A DNA stretch of 64,000 bases from Candidatus Poribacteria bacterium (GCA_965242965.1 OZ251518.1:4352001-4416000), one strand, 5' to 3'. Shown: positions 43,001-51,881, counted from the first letter of the stretch. The notes: generated by a model from the sequence alone, not told the origin. Numbers and translations: made by a program.

Positions 43001-43331
43001 TTGTGAGGAAACCGGTGCCATATTGCCCGATTGTCCGTTCCTCCTCAACTTTCGTTGAACCATGAAAAATGAGGTGGGCTATCTCGCGCTCCGTAAATCC
43101 TTTTCCATTGTGCAAAAAGGTGAGTTCGTTGGGAAGACATTGCACGGTTGCAATAAGGCTATCTCTACCCATTGAAGCGTCGCGTGCGTTCTGCAACAGT
43201 TCCCAGATCCACCGCTTCAACCTACTTTTACGGTTCCACTTCAACTCATTGAGTTTTTGGTAAACTCCCTGTGCAGTATTCTCAGATAGAACAATATCTT
43301 TCGTTTCGGCCTTTGTCAATTGGGTTGTCAT
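40086..43331 (-). CDS. Sacsin-like GHKL ATPase with C-terminal DUF3883/NOV_C PD-(D/E)XK nuclease
   Basis: WELLQNARDA, HNGKGF, GQYGTGF; C-terminal GSDFEV...IEVKST. Confidence 0.82.
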   Translation of the reverse strand: MTTQLTKAETKDIVLSENTAQGVYQKLNELKWNRKSRLKRWIWELLQNARDASMGRDSLIATVQCLPNELTFLHNGKGFTEREIAHLIFHGSTKVEEERTIGQYGTGFLTTHLLSPKIYVSGQLGDSWFYFCLERKPDSVASLRESMDLAWKNFNPTPSLQVPIPDCFTTRFVYPLEDDARDAVAKGITTLKQCAPFVVVFNQEFSRIDIENRGETICFEVVERPPQDSEEIQQITVAEITDGNRRERKYLLAQGEKTSVTIPLESDGDSSVCSPIEDTPRLFLGFPLVGTESFSFPTVINSFKFTPTENRDGVYLGQGDNDENVKNQEAIEEACQLLVKMLRYAASSGWRNAHLLTEVPAIPGKDWLNQEWLRTRVTENLIEEICQTPAVLNEAGDAVAPKEALLPLAQRDTSVTALWDLLADWQGNREKLPRRDEAAGWYKAINSWASVSDCQTSEFGEDGAQLARRVEQRCSSLADLQNLLQVEVCTVEWLDRLYRFLRDNGFDRDIRNRRFVPNQVGEFHQLSNLRRDLGIDEELKTIGELLEWRIRRKLRDTRLTSLAGETGEGDWDSEYVVDTLIKKLQERARKNPDENFKAASASLFAWIVGREDWERLQGFPVFAEDGNSDIISLKRALLDDNQLLVPVRAWAADLQPYSELFPQRRILDSTFFEKAPNSDVWQTLDQEGFLRKNVIITKEVYHDSFLPAQPLTEEDDHKTSELVPVTNVVFLTTDDIGILDRVRQSQRLARRFWEFLTEWSIIHDAKGLETCEALCDCGKEHCYYAAEWLVPLVERKWVPLGNRKADYASAQSLANLLRGSGWDPSSLNQNPAAVKLLEAMRVAESDLRLELATTNPDERNKLISEITELHQATGGDLKQVRALVQDVKDDENLLQHLEERRKKRRVRSNNQRLGQHVEKLVKKALEQSCFSVERTGTGSDFEVSDLGTLSLTQDNQSWLIEVKSTRGQSVLMSSRQVETAVETVGRFLLCIVPIVENTEPDLDTVKKDMRFINNIGDHIVPLCQDLADLEEWRAEVTANRSFEGFRLVYEAGTKGIRVNKSVWESEGFSLEDLAENLGKND

Positions 43332-43344
43332 CGTAACCCTCCCT

Positions 43345-43685
43345 ATGAAAATGCGTAAAGTTTAGACAATATGTCTAGTGGTTTCGGTTCAACCACCAAA
43401 CTCTTCGGAGTTGCAGTGCCGATTTTCAAGGAAACAGCTTGCAAGTTGACTGCCTCCGCCTTTGAGTTCAGCGTTTTGACGCGAAGGAAAACAGCGCGTC
43501 AGTCTTAACGAAACCAAGTTACGACGGTGTGCAAAGTCCTGCGTCTCGGTAAGTTCACGGACCGCAGTTCGGCTGGGCCTGTTCATGAATCCACGCGCTT
43601 TACACAACGTGTTGACGGATCCGAGTGCCGCGTTTCGGAAGAGGCCATTCACGAACCCGCATAAGGGACAACGGATTTTTCAATG
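43345..43685 (-). ncRNA. Putative structured leader/ncRNA of unknown family
   Basis: Several nested stems, two of which gain G-U pairs on the minus strand; lies between a promoter and the ATPase-nuclease gene. Confidence 0.4.
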
Positions 43686-43691
43686 GGACGT

Positions 43692-43720
43692 AGAATACCA
43701 CAAAAGCGAAAAATTTGCAA
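43692..43720 (-). promoter_or_regulatory. sigma70-like promoter
   Basis: TTGCAA-17 bp-TATTCT with TG extension on the minus strand. Confidence 0.55.
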
Positions 43721-44093
43721 AAAAAAATGTTCGCGGAGATTTTGTTGATTTGTTATCAACATGCTCATTTTACAAAAAATCCACATTTTGTGCAACCGTT
43801 TTTTTTTTTGCGAAACCGGTCTCAAAATCAATCGGGCCTTAGCAAATTCCATATTTGTAACTTTGACTCTGGACATGGCGAGGGACAGGCCCTCGCCCTA
43901 CGGTTAATTGAGGGTGTTTCATATCTCGATGCCTTCTGGGTAGGAGAGACATCCTTGTCCCGATAAAAACAGCAACAAAACGCATCGAGACCGGGAGGTT
44001 CCTCCTACCCAAAGAATCGAGACCGGGAGGTCCCTCCTACCAGGAAGGCATTGAGATTCTATCATATCATTGAATCGGCGATGGAGTCGTTTA

Positions 44094-45104
44094 TCATTCC
44101 GCTATCTCGATGTGCACAGGCAAATCCACTGCTGGAAACACTTCGTCAAGCAACGCGTAGAGTAATGGGTCTTGCTCTATCAACTTCGCGCGTTGCAGCT
44201 CATCATGAAGGTTGTCGCCGTGAGTGTCCGAAAACCATTCGTCTGCACCGACAGCCCAGTATTCCAGCTCGTTCGTCAGTGCATAATCGTCCGGGTCGTC
44301 AAAAAAACCCTTGCCCTGCTGTGCTTTCGCCGTCGCTACTTCAAACGCCGCGGTTAAACGCGTACCCCAGTCAGGAAAGAGATGTGGATGCCGGTCAAAC
44401 GCATCATCTATTGCATGCGCCCACTCATGCACCACGACGTAACTAGTCAAGACTGGCTCCCATTTAGAGTGGTGCCACGCAAGGCCGCCCACCGCCATAC
44501 CCGAAGCATAAAAACCCACAGTCACGCCGATGAGACGCAACTCGAGCGGCATGTGCACCTCATACGCCCAGTCGGCACTCACCAGCACATAGCGAAATCC
44601 ATTTTCGGGAGACATCACCTCACGTAACTCAGGCCGTTTCGAGGTCATCGTCAGAAGAATCTCGCGCGCCGCAAAAAGGAACTCATCGCGCACACCGTCA
44701 AGGGACGTGCGTGCGGAAGGCGCGAGAATGGCGATACCGTCCGCGTCAATATATTTATCATAAAACAGCCGGCGATGCACCTGTATGCAGAACTGTGTGA
44801 AAGGCGAGCCCACGGTACTCTCTGTCCTCTCAATCGGAGGGAGCTCCGGTAGGCTCAACAGCCATTCCAAGTAGTCGAGTGACGCGTCCCAACTGCCCCA
44901 CAGCGCATCCTCAATCTCTGTCGGCACCGGTGACACCACCAGCTCGCTCCCAGTCCCAACAGCAATCTCGGCCGTCAACGGAACGCGCACCTGCACCGGT
45001 GGCGCAGCATCCGGTAAAAGTTCCGTCAGGATACCGCGGTCGCCATCAAAGCAACCGATACTCAAAACGACAAACGTCAAACAGACAAACGTGATAATTT
45101 TCAT
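44094..45104 (-). CDS. Lipoprotein with HEXXH zinc-metallopeptidase motif
   Basis: Lipobox SIGC; VVVHEWAHAID and downstream ELEYWA. Confidence 0.7.
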   Translation of the reverse strand: MKIITFVCLTFVVLSIGCFDGDRGILTELLPDAAPPVQVRVPLTAEIAVGTGSELVVSPVPTEIEDALWGSWDASLDYLEWLLSLPELPPIERTESTVGSPFTQFCIQVHRRLFYDKYIDADGIAILAPSARTSLDGVRDEFLFAAREILLTMTSKRPELREVMSPENGFRYVLVSADWAYEVHMPLELRLIGVTVGFYASGMAVGGLAWHHSKWEPVLTSYVVVHEWAHAIDDAFDRHPHLFPDWGTRLTAAFEVATAKAQQGKGFFDDPDDYALTNELEYWAVGADEWFSDTHGDNLHDELQRAKLIEQDPLLYALLDEVFPAVDLPVHIEIAE

Positions 45105-45285
45105 GAGTCTCCTTGTTATTCGGGACTGCCTGCTAATTAGCAAACACCGCTAGGGTTTCCTTCCAAGCGCGAACCGCTTGGATGCATCGGTCAAAAATGC
45201 TTTAGGGTTACTCGTCATACGCTTATCTCAACGGAACGGACAACTATAGAAAACCAATTAGATGTCATTAAAGCGCGACTACCCG

Positions 45286-46350
45286 TTAATGCAAAACACT
45301 CACATCATCCGCACCATGCACCGGATGCGGACTCAAATCGTAATTCCCATCAAGCGAAATGTCGTCAATCTTGACAATCTCACCGGATTTGGCAGACTGA
45401 TGCATCGCGAACACCGTTTGAACGACATGTAAGTTGCCGCGGCCATCCGTTATCGGTTTCTGTCCGGTGAGGATGCAGTCTAGGAAGTGTCCCATCGCAT
45501 TGCCAAACGCATCGGGAAACCAAGTGCCTTGTATTGCCGGACGAATTTCTTGCGTTTCAGGTTCAGTGAGGTGAACGCACATATTTTCGCTGTTGCCGTA
45601 AATCGCGCCTTTTGTGCCTTGAATGCGGATTTCCTCGTGTGGATGTTGGAGATTCCGGCCCGGATTCGCCAGAAAAGCCCAATTGCAAGAGAGCAATCCC
45701 TGTGTGCCGTTCCGGCTGGTAAAGATCGCGACAGAGAGTGCCTCGCCTTCGTCAATCGTGCTGTCATGTCCGTGCGCTTGGCAGTAAACGCTTTCGTATT
45801 CGCCGAACCACTTATAGACGAGCCCGATGTGATGCACCTGCATCGCCGGGATAAGATGTTGTTCAGGGAAAGTGGTATAGAATCCGTTGCAGGTAATAGA
45901 AACGTGATAAATTTCGCCGAGGTGCTCGGCGTTGATGTAAGGTTCAATGGCGAGAAAGCCGGGGACGAAGCAGGAATTTTGATTCACCATGAGCCGCACA
46001 TTGTGTTGCTCACAGCGTTCCACCATCTCCACGGCTTGGCGCATGGACATGGCGAACGGTTTCTGGCAGAGGATGTGTTTGCCGGCTTCCGCTGCGGCTT
46101 TGATAATAGGCAGGCGGAGCCACGGTTGCACAGCGAGATCAACGACATGCACGTTTGCATCCGCAATCAACTCGGCGATGCGGGTATACCGCTTCTCAAT
46201 CTGGAAAGTATCGCCGACTTCATTGAGGCGTGTCGCGTCCTTATCGCAGATGGCGGCGACGTTTAAACCTTGGCGTTGATATCCGAGCAGGTGCTGTTGT
46301 CCAATACCGAGCCCGATTAAACCGATGCCGAGTTCGTGGCGATTCGTCAT
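45286..46350 (-). CDS. Gfo/Idh/MocA family oxidoreductase
   Basis: GLIGLGIG, GKHILCQKP; AAAGGA RBS. Confidence 0.88.
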   Translation of the reverse strand: MTNRHELGIGLIGLGIGQQHLLGYQRQGLNVAAICDKDATRLNEVGDTFQIEKRYTRIAELIADANVHVVDLAVQPWLRLPIIKAAAEAGKHILCQKPFAMSMRQAVEMVERCEQHNVRLMVNQNSCFVPGFLAIEPYINAEHLGEIYHVSITCNGFYTTFPEQHLIPAMQVHHIGLVYKWFGEYESVYCQAHGHDSTIDEGEALSVAIFTSRNGTQGLLSCNWAFLANPGRNLQHPHEEIRIQGTKGAIYGNSENMCVHLTEPETQEIRPAIQGTWFPDAFGNAMGHFLDCILTGQKPITDGRGNLHVVQTVFAMHQSAKSGEIVKIDDISLDGNYDLSPHPVHGADDVSVLH

Positions 46351-46396
46351 GTTGTATCCTTTCTGCGCTAGCCGTTTATAGGCAGCCCAGTCTTCG

Positions 46397-46993
46397 TTAG
46401 ACAAACAGCCGCACTATCGTATACAACACCGCAGTGAGCACGCTCGCGATGATAGCGGTTTTCGTCAAGCGGCGGTTTTCTTGTTGATGCCGCTCCTCAC
46501 GTTCTTGTGCCTCGCGTTTCTCGCGCTCCTCCAGAATCGTCAGCACCTTCTGCACATCGGTTTTTACGCCTTGGACATCGGTTGTAATGCCCTGGACATC
46601 GGCTTTAACACCCTGGACATCGGCTTTAACGCCTTGGACATCGGTTGTAATGCCCTGGACATCGGCTTTAACACCCTGGACATCCGCCTTAACCTCTTGC
46701 ACATCGGTTATAACGCCCTGCACCTCGGTTGTAACACCTTGGACATCGGCTTTAACACCCTGGACATCCGCCTTAACCTCTTGCACATCGGCTTTAACGC
46801 CCTGGACATCGGTTTTTACCCCCTGGACATCCGCCTTAACCTCTTGCACATCGGCTTTGACGACCTGAATTTCGGCGGTGTTCAATTGGCACTGCTTTTC
46901 AACATTCACCAACCGGTTGTTGTTCGCTTGCCCCTGTGTTTCCACGCGGGCGAGCCGGTCGATGGTGTTTTCCCGGAATTCCCGATCTGTCAT
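46397..46993 (-). CDS. Heptad-repeat coiled-coil protein with C-terminal TM anchor
   Basis: About 15 DVQ(G/E)VK(A/T)-type repeats; GGGAGG RBS; hydrophobic C-terminus. Confidence 0.75.
   Translation of the reverse strand: MTDREFRENTIDRLARVETQGQANNNRLVNVEKQCQLNTAEIQVVKADVQEVKADVQGVKTDVQGVKADVQEVKADVQGVKADVQGVTTEVQGVITDVQEVKADVQGVKADVQGITTDVQGVKADVQGVKADVQGITTDVQGVKTDVQKVLTILEEREKREAQEREERHQQENRRLTKTAIIASVLTAVLYTIVRLFV
46550..46862. repeat. 21-bp coding tandem repeat
   Basis: Units such as CCTGGACATCGGCTTTAACAC. Confidence 0.9.
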
Positions 46994-47249
46994 GATTTTC
47001 CTCCCTTTTTCATCTTGTTTGGATTTAGAGACATAGGATTTCCGAAAGATAAACTAACTATCAACCCGTGGATGTCTCTTCTATTTCTATTATGCCATAT
47101 TTTCCGGGAATATGCAAGGTTTTTCGTAGAACTATTTAATTCTCCCTGTTCTGTAGGTTGTGCTCGTCCTATCGCAACCAGGGCAAACTCGGATGAAGAA
47201 CACGGGCGGATAGAGACATCCGCCCTTACAATGGAGAGAACGAAAAACG

Positions 47250-48512
47250 TCAAATCCCCAACCCTTCATCAATCTCGCGTTGGTAGGTATTGACAGATTC
47301 ATCCAACATCGCGTCTAAACTGACGATTTGCCCCGTTGCGCCGGATTCAAGCATCGCGTAAGAGACTGCAACCGAGCGCGCGCCTTGATACGCATCCACC
47401 TCAACGGCACGGTTGCCAGCGATAGCTTCAGCGAAGTCGCCGTATTCAATGGCGATGATTTTCGCATCGGTCTGCGCAAACGGGAATTCATACCGCCAAA
47501 GCCGGTCTCCACCGAAAAGGTCTGTCGTCACGGCATCAAGGTGGAAATCTGGAACGAGGGAGAGGAGCCGCTCATCGTTAATCGTCTCCTGCCCATCGAT
47601 ATTCAGGGTGATGAGCCTGCCACTTCTGTCACCGGGCAAAGTCATCGAGCCTTTTGAACCGTGAATTTGACGGAGCCAGCTGCCCTGTCCCCACGCCCCG
47701 TGGTCTTCAATATATTGCCCGACAACACCGTTTTTGAACGTCAGCGTTGCGTAAGCGGCATCTTCAGCGGTGGCTTCAAATTCGGCAGGCATTTTCTGCT
47801 GCCACTTCGTGTATACTCCCGCGGGATTGGAGCCGGATTCCCCACTCACCGCCGCGGGATTGTGCCGAATCGGTTCGTGTAACCGGGTCTGCGCGTAGAC
47901 AGTGTCAACCTCGCCAAGCAGATACTCAATCATATCGGAATAGTGAACGCCGACATCTAGCAACACGCCACTCTGGTCCTTCTGATGTCGCCAGACAGAG
48001 ATGAGCATGCGGTTTGCACCGCCGATGGCGTGGTGGATGAGAAAGCGCGGTTTGCCGATAACCTCTGCGTCAAGCAGTGCCTTCGCTAGCCGATTCACCG
48101 GGTCGCGCCTATAATTCTCGGCGACGCTCAACACCGCGTTGGAGGCATCCGCTGCCCGACAGATGAGGTTACACGCGCGGACGGTGAGCCCCATCGGTTT
48201 CTCAACCATCGTATGCCAGCCGCGTTCCAGCGTCTCAACGGCTACGGTATGATGATACGGCGGCGTGGTGGTAACGTCCACAGCGTCAACGCCGACCTCG
48301 GCGAGCTCATCAAGGCTGCCGACGACAGCAGGCTTTGTGCCAAAGCGTTCTTCCGCTTGTGCGGCGAGTGATTCGGCATTCGCTTGCACCGGATCGCACG
48401 CGCCGACGAGCGCGAACTTCTCCCATCCAGCGCGATACAACTCTGCCAAACCATACATGTGCCGGTGTCCCATCCCGCCACATCCTACAATTGCCAAACG
48501 AATCGTGTCCAT
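47250..48512 (-). CDS. Gfo/Idh/MocA family oxidoreductase
   Basis: AIVGCGGMG, MVEKPM, DVGVH. Confidence 0.9.
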   Translation of the reverse strand: MDTIRLAIVGCGGMGHRHMYGLAELYRAGWEKFALVGACDPVQANAESLAAQAEERFGTKPAVVGSLDELAEVGVDAVDVTTTPPYHHTVAVETLERGWHTMVEKPMGLTVRACNLICRAADASNAVLSVAENYRRDPVNRLAKALLDAEVIGKPRFLIHHAIGGANRMLISVWRHQKDQSGVLLDVGVHYSDMIEYLLGEVDTVYAQTRLHEPIRHNPAAVSGESGSNPAGVYTKWQQKMPAEFEATAEDAAYATLTFKNGVVGQYIEDHGAWGQGSWLRQIHGSKGSMTLPGDRSGRLITLNIDGQETINDERLLSLVPDFHLDAVTTDLFGGDRLWRYEFPFAQTDAKIIAIEYGDFAEAIAGNRAVEVDAYQGARSVAVSYAMLESGATGQIVSLDAMLDESVNTYQREIDEGLGI

Positions 48513-48690
48513 AGTTATTAACTCCTTACCAAGACGGCCTGTAACCCGTAGGGCGAGGGCCTGTCCCTCGCCATGCCTCGCGCACTCCAACGCTCGCGGG
48601 GGAAACCCTCTCGGATGCGCGTATGGCATCCGAGGGCCCCCGCGCTACAGAAAAATGCCGGTGCTGAAAACTCGCGCGGCACAGCCCTAT

Positions 48691-50307
48691 CTACAGTGTC
48701 CCTTCCAACTTCCTGATGGCGGTTTCCCTGAGGGATTTATCGCCGCGGTAAAGTTTATATTGGCTCAGCACCTTCTCCGCGTACCTTTTGCCGCCGGCTG
48801 GAAGAGGCCCGCCTTTTTTCACTCTACCCGGGCCGACATTATAGGCACCGAGTGCCAACTGCCGATTTCCATCGTATTTCTCTAAAAGCATCTTTAAGTA
48901 ACTTAACCCCGCATGGAGATTCTTCCGCGCATTGAAGCGTTCATCGACTTTTCCATCTCGTGTCGGGTTGCGTCTATTTTTATACTGCGGAACTTTGAGT
49001 CCAAGTTCTCGTGCGGTAGCCGGCATCATCTGCATCAAACCGCCGGCACCACTGGGTGAAACTGCCAGCGGGTTAAAAGTTGATTCAACATACACCAACG
49101 CGAGCAGGAGCTCCAATTCAATCCCGTGCTGTTTCGCAATCTGTGCCACGTTCTTGGAAGACGTGACCTGGCTGTTCCCTCTTTTAGGCGAAGGTGTGGG
49201 CGGTGCAGTGCTTTGCGTGCCCGACGCAAGTCTATTCTTCGGCGAGTGCTGAGGGCGCGACGATGGGGTGTCCTTCGCCGCGCTTTCCTCTTCACGGTGC
49301 CCGAAGGTAAACCCAACTGAGAGCAGGTGTTTATGTTCCACATCGCCGCGATTGAGGTAAGTATAGTGGAGCTGCTTCCCCAAAGGATAGTAAGAGAGCC
49401 CTAAACTCCAGACGAGCGGCACCCCTGCCGAATAGCGCAGTTCGTTTAAATCGTCAAACGCGGAGGCAATCCCCATCCGCACCGAGATGCTTTTGGCGGA
49501 AAATTCCATGCCTGTCCCGACGTTGCGCGAGGTAGCATCAATTCGGCTGTGCCACTGGAGGGCAGAATGCAGGCGCACCGTCGCACCGAAGGCAAACTGC
49601 GGGGCAAACGTTTGCAGCACCTGTCCGTTTTGCCCGTAAATGACGACACCGGAAATATCGCGCACTCGCATCCCTAAAGTGATATTCGGATTGAGCGTGA
49701 GGAGCGCGCCGCCATCGTAACTGGGTGCCCATTGACTGTTGATGTAAGGCGCGCGGGTATAGCCGAAATTCGCGCCTAGCTGCAGCGCGCCGAACGCGCG
49801 CGCGTAAGAGAGCATCGCCTGATTGCTCCCATATTCAAACGTGCCAATGGGGTTATTAGGATGGTTGACTAGAAACCTGTCTGCACCGCCGACGTGGAAA
49901 TCCAGCAGATTCACGCCGAAGGTGCCGAGCGGGTTAATAGGATAAGCGAGGGAGAACGCGCCTTGCGAGACATCATAGATGAAATCGCCGGTTTGCAAGG
50001 TAGCGAGCCCGGCAGGATTCCAAAGTGCACCGGTAGCATCGTCTGCACTGCTGATAAACGCGCCGCTCAACCCGAGCCCGCGTGTGCCGACCTCGGGTCT
50101 CAGGCTGAGCGGTTCTGATGAACGAATCTGTTCAGAAAGCGCGCCTATCAAGAAGATAATGAGTAGAACGACACCGACAAACAGCCAGGAAGTTTGCCAA
50201 GAACATGCATCAGAACCATCCCTCGCGCTACGTTTTGAGCCCTCGGTGTTACCGGAGGGTGAGGTAACGAACGGGATTTTCGCTTTTGCCTTTGTAGCGA
50301 ATTTCAA
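48691..50307 (-). CDS. PorV/FadL-like N-terminal domain fused to SLT lytic transglycosylase
   Basis: GTRGLGLSGAF..ADDA..ALWNPAGL; VESTFNP, GLMQ, AYNVG; start uncertain (TTG 50307 assumed). Confidence 0.7.
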   Translation of the reverse strand: MKFATKAKAKIPFVTSPSGNTEGSKRSARDGSDACSWQTSWLFVGVVLLIIFLIGALSEQIRSSEPLSLRPEVGTRGLGLSGAFISSADDATGALWNPAGLATLQTGDFIYDVSQGAFSLAYPINPLGTFGVNLLDFHVGGADRFLVNHPNNPIGTFEYGSNQAMLSYARAFGALQLGANFGYTRAPYINSQWAPSYDGGALLTLNPNITLGMRVRDISGVVIYGQNGQVLQTFAPQFAFGATVRLHSALQWHSRIDATSRNVGTGMEFSAKSISVRMGIASAFDDLNELRYSAGVPLVWSLGLSYYPLGKQLHYTYLNRGDVEHKHLLSVGFTFGHREEESAAKDTPSSRPQHSPKNRLASGTQSTAPPTPSPKRGNSQVTSSKNVAQIAKQHGIELELLLALVYVESTFNPLAVSPSGAGGLMQMMPATARELGLKVPQYKNRRNPTRDGKVDERFNARKNLHAGLSYLKMLLEKYDGNRQLALGAYNVGPGRVKKGGPLPAGGKRYAEKVLSQYKLYRGDKSLRETAIRKLEGTL

Positions 50308-51025
50308 AATGCAGGTGAGGCCCGGTCGAACGCCCGGTATTTCCAGAGCGGCCGATAACCTGCCCCTGTTCCACTTTTTTTCCGACTGAGACGCTGATTC
50401 TTGACAAGTGTCCATACCATGTAGTCCAATCACCGGCGTGTTGGATGCCGATGACTTTTCCGTATCCGCCTTTTCGCCCGGCAAAGATAACCTTTCCGGA
50501 TTGGGCGGCGTAAACTCGGGTTCCGACAGCGGCACGGAAGTCTATGCCTTCGTGTAACCGGTAGCGGCCCGTAATCGGATGGTAGCGATGCCCATACTTC
50601 GACGTAACATTGATGGGTATCCGCAGCGGGCACTTGAAAGCAGCATCGCTTCCGTTAGGAATAAAGAGTTTCGCGCCGACGCGGAGGTGCCGAGGCGAGG
50701 AGATGTCGTTCGTTAACTGCAACACCTTCCATCCCAAGCCGTGCCTACGAGCGATGCCAGACAACGTATCCCCTGGCTGAACCTCATACCAAGTGCCGCC
50801 GAGTGACTTCCCCGGAATGCGCAACATCATCCCAATCCGGAGGCGGTTGGCATCCAAAATGCCGTTGGCTTGGATAATCGATTTCAGCGGCACGCCATAC
50901 TTCTCCGCAATCTGGGATAACGTCTCACCTCGACTCACTTCATGCTGGAGGTGCATCCCGAAAACCACGTGAGATGCCGAAACCAACAGCAAAATAACGA
51001 TAAAAATATGAATCTGTTTTCTCAT
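50249..51025 (-). CDS. LysM-LysM-M23 peptidase
   Basis: Two LysM repeats (GETLSQIA, GDTLSGIA), HEGID, YGHL, GPHLHFEI. Confidence 0.92.
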   Translation of the reverse strand: MRKQIHIFIVILLLVSASHVVFGMHLQHEVSRGETLSQIAEKYGVPLKSIIQANGILDANRLRIGMMLRIPGKSLGGTWYEVQPGDTLSGIARRHGLGWKVLQLTNDISSPRHLRVGAKLFIPNGSDAAFKCPLRIPINVTSKYGHRYHPITGRYRLHEGIDFRAAVGTRVYAAQSGKVIFAGRKGGYGKVIGIQHAGDWTTWYGHLSRISVSVGKKVEQGQVIGRSGNTGRSTGPHLHFEIRYKGKSENPVRYLTLR

Positions 51026-51139
51026 TGATGATACCCTAATTCTGAGTGGTGTGCTGAGCCGTTAGCGACATTAGGGGGCAAGCAAACACCTTAGGTGCTG
51101 CTCGCCACAACAGGGTGCATTAATAAAACACCCATCTAA

Positions 51140-51679
51140 CTAGTTGTCTTTAACGCTCAGCAAAATAGTCTTCGTCTCTGACAAGATTTGGGTATCGGTA
51201 TCAATTCCAGCGGCACCGACTGACACCACCTCCGTAATCACAGTCACTACGAGTTGAATGACTTCTACCTGAACGTTCGCCCCGTCTAACGTCGACGGTG
51301 CCGTCCAAGTGACTGGATTTTCAGCTGTGGCAGAAAGCGTGCCGTGTCCGGTCACGTTGAGCCAGTTCAGTGTGACACTGGTACCTTTAACCCCTTTGAC
51401 TGAAGCCGTCAACTCGACATCTTCGCCTGGTTCTACCGTCTTTTTCGTGACGGTTACCTTGACGTTGAGTTCGGCTTCTTGGACTACGTCCTCTGCATCC
51501 TCGGCGACTGCTAATTCGACAATGTCATCATCAGCACCGGTGGTTTCGGTAGTCACGGCTGTGGTATCGGATTCAGCAACGGGGTTATTAAGGTTGCTAC
51601 CGCCGCAGCTCGTCAGACTTAAGACGAAACCGACTAGGAGAACGTTTAAAAATAATGTCAGGCATTGAGATGCTCTCAT
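51140..51679 (-). CDS. Hypothetical lipoprotein, Ig-like
   Basis: Lipobox LTSC, beta-rich, VTWTAP. Confidence 0.65.
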   Translation of the reverse strand: MRASQCLTLFLNVLLVGFVLSLTSCGGSNLNNPVAESDTTAVTTETTGADDDIVELAVAEDAEDVVQEAELNVKVTVTKKTVEPGEDVELTASVKGVKGTSVTLNWLNVTGHGTLSATAENPVTWTAPSTLDGANVQVEVIQLVVTVITEVVSVGAAGIDTDTQILSETKTILLSVKDN

Positions 51680-51881
51680 GATTTCACCTCTATAAACATT
51701 GCACCCCGGCGCTTTCCCGAGCGACAGGGTTTGACATGTAAAGTAACTTTTCCTCTATGCGATTTAAAAGAAAAACCTGATTATAGAAACGCATAGACAG
51801 AAAGATGGTTACAAACGGCAGAGGAGAGCATCCGACGAGTAGTGAAGGGCTGGGGATAGGTTGCCCAGCCCATTCGGGTGG

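Noticed and set aside
43345-43690. Retron msr/msd, group II intron or cobalamin riboswitch
   Set aside because: No reverse transcriptase nearby and no domain V or B12-box motifs recognised; kept only as an unknown structured RNA.
46481-47293. 270-aa plus-strand repeat ORF
   Set aside because: Antisense shadow of the 21-bp repeat gene; the minus-strand ORF has the RBS, promoter and coherent architecture.
51026-51135. c-di-AMP riboswitch upstream of the LysM-M23 gene
   Set aside because: Some hairpin potential, but the ydaO consensus motifs (GCTGAA, GGGGGA, GTCAGCTAAC) are not convincingly present.
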